Source: Eledone cirrhosa (Eukaryota). From it: DNA of 64,000 nt. The stretch covers positions 1 through 64,000 of the forward strand of contig CAXHJY010000899.1 of assembly GCA_964016885.1 (NCBI GenBank). The letters run 5' to 3'. Both the position numbers and the translations under genes were made by a program. This document shows positions 27,968-40,195 of this stretch, in pieces (the first letter of the stretch is position 1; each line of letters opens with the position of its first letter). Under the pieces are notes generated by a model. The model was not told where the DNA came from and made no database searches. It saw only the letters and a program-made list of their open reading frames with translations.

Positions 27968-28576
27968 TGTCAGGTCACCAGTTGGTGCTACTGGTAACAT
28001 GTATCCCAGTACAACCTGTCTCATGGTCGGGTCGTTGGCGACTAAACTGGCAACCCCACCAAGGTTTCTTGGTGAGGAGGGTGACTTTGGACATCCTGCA
28101 GGACTAAAAACAAAACCTGTCAAAGGGCAAAGGAGCTCTTAAGAGTCAATGGCCATCCAAAATCACCGGGAGAGATGACCCCTTAGCCTTTGTCAAGGCA
28201 GAATTCTAGGAGAAGGAAAACTCTGATATAACACCTGCAACCCTGATGGTATCCAATGATGTTGACTTGTTCTTCTTTTTGGTAAATATCATCTTGGTTA
28301 AGAGAGTGGGACTGGCTTTGTGCAGTGCCTTTGCTCACTATAAAAGCTTCACGGCACAGGCATTGCTTTATATCTGGAGATCTCTCTGCACTTGTCGTCG
28401 CATGGTACCGTGGGCCCAGCGCTATGTGTCAGTAGTTGTCACAGGTGTAGTGTTTGTACCAGAGTTTTCGGGTCGCTGGCTGGACTAGGGGGTCACACTC
28501 GTTCAGCGCATCGGTAGGGGTTCTCCTACATGGATATAAAGTAGTGGCCGTACTCGAAAACGAGTTGGCAGCCACC

Positions 28577-28577
<1 letters not shown>
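27968..28577 (+). mobile_element. ~600-bp GC-richer non-autonomous element in TA repeats, RTE 5'-UTR-like
   Basis: Bounded by TA runs; contains CTAGGAGAAGGAAAACTCTGA, which I recognise from RTE 5' UTRs; several hairpins; no credible ORF. Confidence 0.5.
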
Positions 28578-28607
<30 letters not shown>

Positions 28608-28774
28608 TATATAATATATATATCATATACATGTATGTGTGTATGGGGGGTATGTCCATGTGTGTGTATGCATGTGTGTGAGTGAGTGTGTATCTATCTA
28701 TCTCTCTCTATATATATATATATATATACACACACACAGACACATATATATGTTATATACATGTGTATATGTGC

Positions 28775-28818
<44 letters not shown>

Positions 28819-28835
28819 GGGTGGTGGCTGTGTGT

Positions 28836-28869
<34 letters not shown>

Positions 28870-29057
28870 TCATTTCACCTGTGTCTCAGGTATGTGTACT
28901 TATGATATTAAAATATCTTTCACAACCATATTGTTAAATTAGGATCAACTTTTAAAAGTAAGACTTGAATTTTTTTCTAAGAGTTTTGAAGTGATTCCAA
29001 GAAATTAGTTCAAAATTCTTTAATGGATGCTTTCACAATAAAGAAGAGGGTGAAAAA

Positions 29058-29243
29058 TAATTGTTTCTACTTTTGGCACAAGGCCAGCAATTTCCCAGTA
29101 CATTACTGGTACTTTATTTTATCGACCCCGTAAGGATGAAAGGCAAAGTTAACCTCGGCGGGATTTCAACTCAGTCCGTAAAGGGACGTAACTTTGTTGC
29201 AAAGCATGGCGTCCGACCCTCTACCGATACTGCCAATCCACCA
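29058..29243 (-). mobile_element. Young Nin/Deu-like SINE
   Basis: Nearly identical to copies at 6794 and 49866. Confidence 0.85.
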
Positions 29244-29633
29244 TAATAGAATATATAAAGATATGTATTAAATATATAAATGAATGTTGCTGAATTATTT
29301 TGCAGATGGAAATTATTTTCTCCAAATTTAACAACAATACTACCAAACTACCACATTGAGGGTCTTCACCCTATTTTATAGTATTTCTGTGTAAGAGCAC
29401 ACCACTCTTTATATGAACTTTATCCCCTCAGCACTTTGTAAAAGTCTGAGAGATTGAATACGTATACATGAGGCTTGTTGACATTTAAATGCTGTTACTC
29501 AGCTATCTAATTTAAGTTGGTATGAGTTGTCATAGTTTTTGGCTTAATGGTTTAAAGTGCCTAGCCGTTATCTGGAAGATATGGGGTTCAATTCCTCATA
29601 GTAACCATTGGGAACTTCTTTTTCCATCTTTAA

Positions 29634-32600
29634 CCCTTTAGCATTTACATTGCTCTATATATACTATTATATTTTCATGGTAAAGGCTTTAGCTCACATA
29701 ATTATCTCACACAATATCAAATCTATAAGATTTTCATATTTATTTTGAGCACAATACCTTAACATTGGTATGAGCAGCCAGTTACAGCCAGTTTGAACAG
29801 AAAGAGGTGAGAATTCTGGCCAGATACAGCTGGTTTGGACAGAAAGAGGTGAGGATTCTGGCTGGATACAGCTGGTTTGGACAGAAAGAGGTGAGGATTC
29901 TGGCTGGATACAGCTGGTTTGGACAGAAAAGGGTGAGAATTCTGGCCAGATACAGCTGGTTTGGACAGAAAGAGGTGAGAATTCTGGCCAGATACAGCTG
30001 ATTTGGACAGAAAGAGGTGAGAATTCTGGCCAGATACAGCTGGTTTGGACAGAAAGAGGCGAGAATTCTGGCCAGATACAGCTGGTTTGGACAGAAAGAG
30101 GTGAGAATTCTGGCCAGATACAGCTGGTTTGGACAGAAAGAGGTGAGAATTCTGGCCAGATACAGCTGGTTTGGACAGAAAGAGGTGAGAATTCTGGCCA
30201 GATACAGCTGGTTTGGACAGAAAGAGGTGAGAATTCCGGCCAGATACAGCTGGTTTGGACAGAAAGAGGTGAGAATTCCGGCCAGATACAGCTGGTTTGG
30301 ACAGAAAGAGGTGAGAATTCTGGCCAGATACAGCTGGTTTGGACAGAAAAAGGTGAGAATTCTGGCCAGATACAGCTGGTTTGGACAGAAAAAGGTGAGA
30401 ATTCTGGCCAGATACAGCTGGTTTGGACAGAAAAAGGTGAGAATTCTGGCCAGATACAGCTGGTTTGGACAGAAAAAGGTGAGAATTCTGGCCAGATACA
30501 GCTGGTTTGGACAGAAAGAGGTGAGGATTCTGGCCAGATACAGCTGGTTTGGACAGAAAGATGTGAGGATTCTGGCCAGATACAGCTGGTTTGGACAGAA
30601 AAAGGTGAGAATTCTGGCCAGATACAGCTGGTTTGGACAGAAAGAGGTGAGGATTCTGGCCGGATACAGCTGGTTTGGACAGAAAGAGGTGAGGATTCTG
30701 GCCAGATACAGCTGGTTTGGACAGAAAGAGGTGAGAATTCTGGCCAGATACAGCTGGTTTGGACAGAAAAAGGTGAGAATTCTGGCCAGATACAGCTGGT
30801 TTGGACAGAAAGAGGTGAGGATTCTGGCCAGATACAGCTGGTTTGGACAGAAAGAGGTGAGGATTCTGGCCAGATACAGCTGGTTTGGACAGAAAGAGGT
30901 GAGGATTCTGGCCAGATACAGCTGGTTTGGACAGAAAGAGGTGAGGATTCTGGCCAGATACAGCTGGTTTGGACAGAAGGAGGTGAGGATTCTGGCTGGA
31001 TACAGCTGGTTTGGACAGAAAGAGGTGAGAATTCTGGCCAGATTCAGCTGGTTTGGACAGAAAAAGGTGAGAATTCTGGCCAGATACATCTGGTTTGGAC
31101 AGAAAGAGGTGAGGATTCTGGCCAGATACAGCTGGTTTGGACAGAAAGAGGTGAGGATTCTGGCCAGATACAGCTGGTTTGGACAGAAAGAGGTGAGGAT
31201 TCTGGCTGGATACAGCTGGTTTGGACAGAAAGAGGTGAGAATTCTGGCCAGATACAGCTGGTTTGGACAGAAAAAGGTGAGAATTCTGGCCAGATACAGC
31301 TGGTTTGGACAGAAAGAGGTGAGGATTCTGGCCAGATACAGCTGGTTTGGACAGAAAGAGGTGAGGATTCTGGCTGGATACAGCTGGTTTGGACAGAAAG
31401 AGGTGAGGATTCTGGCCAGATACAGCTGGTTTGGACAGAAAGAGGTGAGGATTCTGGCTGGATACAGCTGGTTTGGACAGAAAGAGGTGAGAATTCTGGC
31501 CAGATACAGCTGGTTTGGACAGAAAAAGGTGAGAATTCTGGCCAGATACAGCTGGTTTGGACAGAAAGAGGTGAGGATTCTGGCCAGATACAGCTGGTTT
31601 GGACAGAAAAAGGTGAGAATTCTGGCCAGATACAGCTGGTTTGGACAGAAAGAGGTGAGAATTCTGGCCAGATACAGCTGGTTTGGACAGAAAGAGGTGA
31701 GAATTCTGGCCAGATACAGCTGGTATGGACAGAAAAAGGTGAGGATTCTGGCCAGATACAGCTGGTTTGGACAGAAAGAGGTGAGGATTCTGGCCAGATA
31801 CAGCTGGTTTGGACAGAAAAAGGAGAGAATTCTGGCCAGATACAGCTGGTTTGGACAGAAAGAGGTGAGGATTCTGGCCAGATACAGCTGGTTTGGACAG
31901 AAAGAGGTGAGAATTCTGGCCAGATACAGCTGGTTTGGACAGAAAGAGGTGAGAATTCTGGCCAGATACAGCTGGTTTGGACAGAAAAAGGAGAGAATTC
32001 TGGCCAGATACAGCTGGTTTGGACAGAAAGAGGTGAGGATTCTGGCCAGATACAGCTGGTTTGGACAGAAAGAGGTGAGGATTCTGGCCAGATACAGCTG
32101 GTTTGGACAGAAAGAGGTGAGGATTCTGGCCAGATACAGCTGGTTTGGACAGAAAGAGGTGAGAATTCTGGCCAGATACAGCTGGTTTGGACAGAAAGAG
32201 GTGAGAATTCTGGCCAGATACAGCTGGTTTGGACAGAAAGAGGTGAGGATTCTGGCCAGATACAGCTGGTTTGGACAGAAAGAGGTGAGGATTCTGGCCA
32301 GATACAGCTGGTTTGGACAGAAAGAGGTGAGGATTCTGGCTGGATACAGCTGGTTTGGACAGAAAGAGGTGAGGATTCTGGCCAGATACAGCTGGTTTGG
32401 ACAGAAAGAGGTGAGAATTCTGGCCAGATACAGCTGGTTTGGACAGAAAGAGGTGAGAATTCTGGCCAGATACAGCTGGTTTGGACAGAAAGAGGTGAGA
32501 ATTCTGGCCAGATACAGCTGGTTTGGACAGAAAGAGGTGAGAATTCTGGCCAGATACAGCTGGTTTGGACAGAAAGAGGTGAGGATTCTGGCCAGATACA

Positions 32601-33083
32601 GCTGGTTTGGACAGAAAGAGGTGAGGATTCTGGCTGGATACAGCTGGTTTGGACAGAAAGAGGTGAGAATTCTGGCCAGATACAGCTGGTTTGGACAGAA
32701 AGAGGTGAGAATTCTGGCCAGATACAGCTGGTTTGGACAGAAACAGGTGAGGATTCTGGCCAGATACAGCTGGTTTGGACAGAAAGAGGTGAGAATTCTG
32801 GCCAGATACAGCTGGTTTGGACAGAAAGAGGTGAGGATTCTGGCTGGATACAGCTGGTTTGGACAGAAAGAGGTGAGAATTCTGGCCAGATACAGCTGGT
32901 TTGGACAGAAAGAGGTGAGAATTCTGGCCAGATACAGCTGGTTTGGACAGAAAGAGGTGAGGATTCTGGCTGGAAACAGCTGGTTTGGACAGAAAGAGGT
33001 GAGGATTCTGGCCAGATACAGCTGGTTTGGACAGAAAGAGGTGAGGATTCTGGCTGGATACAGCCAGTTTAAATTCTAAAAGG
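29634..33083. mobile_element. piggyBac-type MITE family A expanded by an internal satellite
   Basis: TTAA|CCCTTTAGCATTTAC at 29630 and TAAATTCTAAAAGG|TTAA ending 33087; left ~140 bp match the other family A copies. Confidence 0.85.
29778..33070. repeat. 42-bp satellite, ~78 copies
   Basis: Unit CAGCTGGTTTGGACAGAAAGAGGTGAG(A/G)ATTCTGGCCAGATA. Confidence 0.97.
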
Positions 33084-33516
33084 TTAAGGGTCTTCACCAT
33101 AATTCATAGCATCCCTGTGCATGAGCTCACCATTCTTTATATTAACATCATCTCTCAATGCTTCGTAAAAGCCTGAGAAATCAGCTTTGTACTTACAATG
33201 TTTGTTAATATCTGACAGTTTTTTTATTAATTCTTTCTTTAATAAGTATTTCAGTGCTATTTTCCATACAAGCAATGATTTGTATTAACGTGCTATTTTA
33301 TAGTTGGACAACCTTGTTGTAATATTGTCAACTAACTGATCCCATGGTGGAATGAGAGAAATGGTGTGAGTGATGTACTTTAGGGTGCAATAAACTGCTA
33401 CCAACCAATTACAAGCCCCATTCAGTTCTTTATTAAACACCTTCAATATTAAATATGAGATTGATGATATTCAGAATCAGCATCACTACATTCCTTCTAT
33501 TTCTTTCTCTCTCTTG

Positions 33517-33576
<60 letters not shown>

Positions 33577-33654
33577 TTCTCTCTCTCTGTCTGTCTGTCT
33601 GTGTGTGTGTTTGAATAATTTGGCAACACTAGGCAATATCTAATTAACTGGGAG

Positions 33655-33815
33655 GGTTGGACACCATGCTTTGCAACATAGAGTTATGGCCCTTTACGGT
33701 CTGAGTTCAAATCCTGCCAACGTTAACTTTGCCTTTCATCCTTATGGGGCCAATAAAATAAAGCACCAGTAATGCACTGGGATAATTGCTGGACTTGTGC
33801 CAAAAGTAGAAACAA
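33655..33815 (+). mobile_element. Nin/Deu-like SINE
   Basis: B-box GAGTTCAAATCC and family 3' end. Confidence 0.8.
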
Positions 33816-33834
33816 TTATTATTATATATATATC

Positions 33835-34212
33835 ATCATCATCATCATTTTACGTCCGCTTTTCCCTGCTTGCAAGGGTGGGACGGGAACTGATTCTGTC
33901 TTGATTTCTACAGCTTGATGCCCTTCTTAACACCAACCTCATTTACAGTGAGTGCTGGGTGCTTGTTTCTGTGGCGCCTACACGTCCACTTTACAGTGTG
34001 GGCTGGGTGCTTTTTTGCCGTAGCACCTCCACGACCACTTTGCAGTGGAATGATAGGGACCCCAGTCCCTATCATCTCATTTCTACAAACTGGAGCAATG
34101 TGAAATAAAGTGTCTTGCTCATGGAAACAACACATCACCCGGTCTGAGAATTGAACTCACAACCTTTTGATTGCAAGGCCAATGCTCTAACCACTAAGCC
34201 ATGTGCCTCCAT
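33835..34212 (-). mobile_element. tRNA-derived CORE/V-like SINE with RTE-like tail
   Basis: Reverse complement of 34854-35175; (CAT)n tail. Confidence 0.8.
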
Positions 34213-34853
34213 GATATATACACACACACACACACACACACATATAACATTAATTGTTTTTGTATCTCTGTGTTTGTCATAGCTGAATAGATTGCTGTTG
34301 CAGAGGATGCATATATCTTGTCAGTTATAGCTTAAATTCATGGAAAAAAGGGCCAGTATCACGTTGGTGTAATGGTAACAGATTCGCACAATATACAGCA
34401 GGTGTGCCTTCAAGTCCCACAGATGACACTGTCTGTGTTTTTCCATCCAGGGGCTGATATATGCCCAACATATTAGACTATTTTCATAATCAAAACGTAT
34501 ATATATATATATATTTTTTTTTTTCTTGGTCGTTTTTACGGCTGTGCGAATGATTTTAAGCATTGTCTCTGTGTGTTGGTATTTAAACGTTAGTTATAGC
34601 TCTGGTTTATCCAAACTATTGAGCACTCTGCCACGCATTTCGAAGATTGTGTTTCGTTATTTCGTGGGCCGAGATTCCGATTCTTGATAATTTATTTGTA
34701 TATATATATATATATAACATTATATATATATATATATATATATATTGACAAAGACAGGAAAATAAACAAAACAGACTGTCCCATCTCATCAGTTGATCAC
34801 TAGAGAGATGTTGTTTTGGTGCTTTACACACATACACATATATATATATAGAA

Positions 34854-35175
34854 GGCGCATGGCTTAGTGGTTAGAGTATTGGGCTTGCAATTGAAAGGTT
34901 GTGAGTTCAATTCTCGGACCGGGTGCTGTGTTGTTTCCTTGAGCAAGAGACTTTATTTCACATTGTTCCAGTTTACTCAGCTGTAGAAATGAGATGATAG
35001 GGACTAAGGTCCCTATCATTCCACTGCAAAGTGGTCGTGGAGGTGCCACGGCAAAAAAGCACCCACCACTCACTGTAAATGAGGTTGGTGTTAGGAAGGG
35101 CATCCAGCTGTAGAAATCAAGCCAGAATCAGTTCCCGTCCCACCCCTGCAAGCAGGGAAAAGCGGACGTAAAAAT
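34854..35175 (+). mobile_element. tRNA-derived CORE/V-like SINE with RTE-like tail
   Basis: A-box TGGCTTAGTGG, B-box GAGTTCAATTC, CCTTGAGCAAGAGACTTTA core, tail GGTGTTAGGAAGGGCATCCAGCTGTAGAAA...GGACGTAAAA. Confidence 0.85.
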
Positions 35176-35265
35176 GAAATGAAAAATGAAATGAAATATA
35201 TGTCCAACTTATTAAACAATTTCCATAGTCAAAACATATATATATATAATCACACACACTCACAC

Positions 35266-35308
<43 letters not shown>

Positions 35309-35390
35309 CCTTTCATCCTTACGGGGTCGATAAAATAAAGTACCAGTAATGCACTGGGGTAATTGCTGGCCTTGTGCCTAAAGTAGAAAC

Positions 35391-35442
<52 letters not shown>

Positions 35443-36342
35443 AAAAGCACCCTGACCACCCTGTTAGATGGTCATTTTTGGTGCCACGGTAAAAAGTACC
35501 CAGTCCACACTGTAATGTAGTTGATATTAGAAAGGGCATCCAGCCATATAATCCAAACCTAAATACAGATCCATATGAGCAAGATGTGGTCTCCTGACCT
35601 AAATTTATCTCATAGCGCAACAACCAATCTAACTGCTTCAAGCATGGAAAATGGACGTTAAACAATGATGATGATGAAATATACACCCACATATGTGTGA
35701 GTGTATGCATGGGTGTGTGTATTGTGGATATATGTCTATATATAGATATATATAGAGAGAGAAATAGAGATTACTCTTAGTCTTGACATCCAAATAGAAT
35801 AAGCCTTAGTAAGGAATTCTAATGATGTCAAAACATGCCTGTTGCTCTTAACGAATGACTTAAAGAACAGATTGACTGTCATTACTGTATTTTACTGAAC
35901 TTATCTCCCTTGTTTGTTATTTTTAGATTCTAAATGCATCTTACGAGAATTTTCTTCTACCAATTACATATGTGAGTCATTACTATATAGTATGCAGAAT
36001 GTTCCCTTGTGGTATATTGTCCCCATCCCATCCTACTACCCAGCCATAATGCTGATATCTATAATCAACATCACTACTATCCATTTATTTCTATATATAG
36101 TGGTCCTTAGTCTTGACAACAGATGAATATGTTTCACTGAGGAGGTCTAATAATATTGAAACATTTCAAGGCCAGATTTACTAATAATGCATTTTTATAT
36201 TTTCCTAAAATTTCCATAGTGATTATATTGGAATTATCTTTCTTGTTTTTGTTTTTTTCGTTTTTGTTTTGTTTTTATATTTTAGATATTTTCTCTTAGT
36301 TAAAGATTTCCAACAAACTATAATGTATGTAAGACCTTACCA

Positions 36343-36655
36343 TATTTGGGACCTCGGTTCACGAACAAAGTTTTTTAACATAAAACATCTCAGTTCACGA
36401 ACAGTGTCACGAGCAACAAACATGCAAACCGGCAACTACAGTTGGTAACAAGCTTGGCGTATTGGTTGGAAAAAGTCACTTGCTGTGTAGTTAGTTACTA
36501 TGGTGATATCTATCTGTCTTTCACTTAGTCTCTCTCTTTCTCTCACTGTATTTCTCTCTCAACATTTTGATGGGAATAATAGTTTCAGTTTATGAACATT
36601 TTGGGTGACAAAGGCCTTTGGGAACGAATTAAGTTTGTGAACCGAGGTTCCACTG
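36343..36655. mobile_element. pogo/Tigger-like MITE
   Basis: GGACCTCGGTTCACGAAC ... GTTTGTGAACCGAGGTTCCACTG|TA. Confidence 0.7.
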
Positions 36656-37614
36656 TATTTAGTATGCAGAATACTCCTCTTCAGTATATTTCCTCAGACA
36701 TATTGTAAGAGATGATGGTTCATTGCAGTTGTAGGGGCAAAGATAATGATGAAGATCGTGGAAACAGGGGTGGCAAGGTGGAAATAGTTGTAGTTCCCCA
36801 CCTCAACAGTGATGATGGTGTGAAGTGATGGGGATGATTATGGTGACGATGATAGTGATGATGGTAATGATGAGGTGGAAGAGGGATGTGGCAGAATTCA
36901 GCAAAGATGCTTCCCTTAATGCCTTTACCCCCACTCCACTCCCCACTGCCACCATCACCACCACCATTACTACAGTACTATAAAACACACACATTCTCTC
37001 TCTCTCTCTCTCTCCTCTCTCTGCAAAAGAATAAACATTATATATTCTCTGACTGATGTTCATTAAAATAGAGAGCTACTAAAAACAAAAGTATGTTTCA
37101 ACCACTTGTATACAACACACATACATATACACACACAAATACACACATACTCAAACATGTATACACATACACATAGCTAAACACATATACCAAACACAAC
37201 CTGCTGATATAAAACATGTTAGGAGAAATTCAATACTGCACAAGTCCAGATATTTCTATCCCATGCCTATAACTGACTCTATATTGTATTCATATACCAA
37301 CTGGTAACTATAACCCAACCTGATAACTGTGTAAATTTAGTAACAGAATCATATAAAGCAAGGAACATCTTTGCTCTCTCTCTTTCTCCCCCTCACTACC
37401 CCCCCTCTCTCTCATTCCCCCTCACTACCCCCCCTCTCTCTCTCTCTCTGAGTGTATTACAGCATTGCCAGAGTAAGCAACAGTAATTACAACAATACTT
37501 AATGTTATTTTGTGCTCAAGATATTTATTTTCCAGCCCACCACCACAAACCACCCTCATATTTAAGTGCTTACAAATGCACACCTGCACACATACTTTAT
37601 ACATCATGTGTGTA

Positions 37615-37645
<31 letters not shown>

Positions 37646-37647
<2 letters not shown>

Positions 37648-37896
37648 CATCATCATTTTACGTCCACTTTTCCCTGCTTGCAAGGGTGGGACGGGAACTG
37701 ATTCTGGCTTGATTTCTACAGCTGGATGCCCTTCCTAACACCAACCTCATTTACAGTGAGTGCTGGGTGGGTGCTTTTTTGGCGTGGCATCTCCACGACC
37801 ACTTTGCAGTAGAATGATATGGACCCCAGTCCCTATCATCTCATTTCTACAGCTGAGTAAACTGGAGCAATGTGAAATAAAGTGTCTTGCTCAAGG
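37646..37896 (-). mobile_element. 5'-truncated CORE/V-like SINE
   Basis: Matches the 3' part of 34854-35175. Confidence 0.8.
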
Positions 37897-38199
37897 ATAT
37901 ATATATTTGCATATGTGTGTGTATATTTGCATGTGTGTGTGTGTGTAAGTAATTATAGTGGAGGAATCCATTATTATTTTTGCTAAGGTGTGTAAAGCTC
38001 AATGCACACTTGAGGTCGACAGTAATCAGGAAACCAAGTCTAATCTAAGGTTAAGATACTTGCAGTTGAAGATAGTGAGGGCTGCATAGCATAAATGTTT
38101 AATACTGAATAATCTCGGATGGATTTAATTTTAAAACCTTGGTTTATTCAGTATAATAACCGCATATATATATATACATTATCAAAAAAAACAAACTTC

Positions 38200-39310
38200 T
38201 TCTTTGCCCACTTATTCCAGAGTCCTCAAACACTCCTTCCAGCAGGTCCTGTTAGAAGCAACTGTCTACAACTGATCCAGTTGGATCCACAAGCATGACC
38301 AGCCAAGCTCATGGATGTTATCCAACCATCTTGCTCAGGGTCAACCCCTGGGTCCCCTACTGGTTGGTTTTGCCCATAAAGTCTATCCACCTAGTCTTTC
38401 CTTAGACATTCTAACCACATGCCCATAATATCGATGCTGTGATCTCGCAATTGGGAGAAGTAGAGGCTCTACTTGAAGCGACTCTCTGATCTCCGAGCTA
38501 TGAAGTTTATCAAGTAGCGTTAATCCAAACATCCTTCAGAGGAATCCCATTTCAATCGCTTGTATTCATGATTGTATTCTTTCAGTCATTACCCATGTTT
38601 CATGGCTATAGGTAAGGATTGGCACAAAAACCGAATTGAAGACAGTGAGTTTGGTCTTTACGTCTACCTCCCGTCTTTTGATTACTGAATGATGCTGAAG
38701 CTGGCACATTACTGCACCAGATTTTGCAATTCTTGTACTTAATTCAGCCTCCTGCCTGCCATCACTCACGAACACGGCTTTGAGATACTTGAACTTTCTA
38801 CCTGCTTCAGGGGAACTCCATCCACATGTAGCATGCACTGCACAGGCTTCCTTGAGAGGACGAGTATCTCAGTTTTCGCAGCACTGATTTTCATTCTAGC
38901 TATGCAGCACTCGGCATCAAACCTATCAGTGTAAGTCGAAGATCATCTTCTGCCAAGTTGAATAACACCATCTGCAAATTCTAGCCGACTGATTTTACAC
39001 CCACCAGTCATGATACCACTTCCAACCCAGTTGTGCATGTCAATCCTGTTCATGTAAATAATGAACAGGAGAGGTGACAGTACACACCCTTGGTGGAGTC
39101 CAACTCCCACATTTGTGTTTGGATAAATGGTGCTAAATCTAAACCATTCATCCGAACACAAATACTCGGGCATTTGTATAGAGACATCAGGGCAGCAAGA
39201 CGCTGACCATCAATCCCATGCTCCTGCACAACCTTCCACAGCAAGCCCTGAGGAACGCGATCATACTCCTTCTGAAGGTCAACAAAACATGCTCCACCTT
39301 CTCCCATCAT
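38200..39310 (-). pseudogene. Decayed RTE LINE reverse-transcriptase fragment
   Basis: FVDLQKEYDRVP, GVGLHQGCVLSPLLFIIYM, LEFADG, FKYL and SVFVPILTYSHETW in broken frames. Confidence 0.85.
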
Positions 39311-39799
39311 CTCTCATCTTTAAACCCTCAAACTATCCACCTAGATGACATGATACCAAACAAGTCTAATCCATAGAACACAACATAAAAAAAAACGAAA
39401 ATTACCCAAGCCAAGCAATAAGTGAAATGAACCAAAGATGAAAATCATGAAATATGGTATCAAAAGGTGGCATAAAAACAAACTTCAAAGTCATTATTTA
39501 CATACATATAAACATACACACATGAATATAAAATATAATTAAGATTAAATTATATATACAAACTTAGATGTACAAATAAGATCAAATATATATACAGAGA
39601 TTAGCAAAATTATTAAACAAAATTAAGACCTATTAGATTAGTATCCATCTCTTAAAAACATGTCTATCCCTTATGGTTAATACATAAAAAGGAAATAAAC
39701 AAGAAAGAAAGAATGACCTAGGCCATCCTTTCACCCATAGCCATATTACTATATATGCCCATGCATGGAAAAATGGACTTAAAAAACAATGATCATGAT

Positions 39800-39803
39800 G
39801 ATG

Positions 39804-39841
<38 letters not shown>

Positions 39842-39843
39842 CA

Positions 39844-39882
<39 letters not shown>

Positions 39883-40195
39883 CATATATATATATCATAT
39901 ATATATATATATCATATATATATATATATATCATATATATATAATATATATATATATGTGTATATATATATATATATATGTGTATATATATATATATATC
40001 ATATATATATATCATATACATATATATATATATATATCATATATATATATCATATACATATATCATATACATATATATATCATATATATATATCATATAT
40101 ATATATATCATATATATATATATATATCATATACATATATATATCATATATATATATATCATATATATATATCATATATATATATCATATATATC
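39800..40195. repeat. (TA)n/ATC compound microsatellite
   Basis: Direct reading. Confidence 0.9.

Noticed and set aside
29538-29605. tRNA gene (TGGCTTAATGG ... GGTTCAATTCC)
   Set aside because: A and B boxes are present but I cannot build a cloverleaf; probably a decayed SINE head
29759-33100. 1113-aa, 1020-aa and 435-aa ORFs as repeat proteins
   Set aside because: The 42-bp unit is a multiple of 3 and lacks stops in several frames on both strands; it lies inside a MITE and has no unique domain
34770-34815. CTGATGA motifs here (minus strand) and near 49776
   Set aside because: No downstream GAAA, stem III or cleavage triplet
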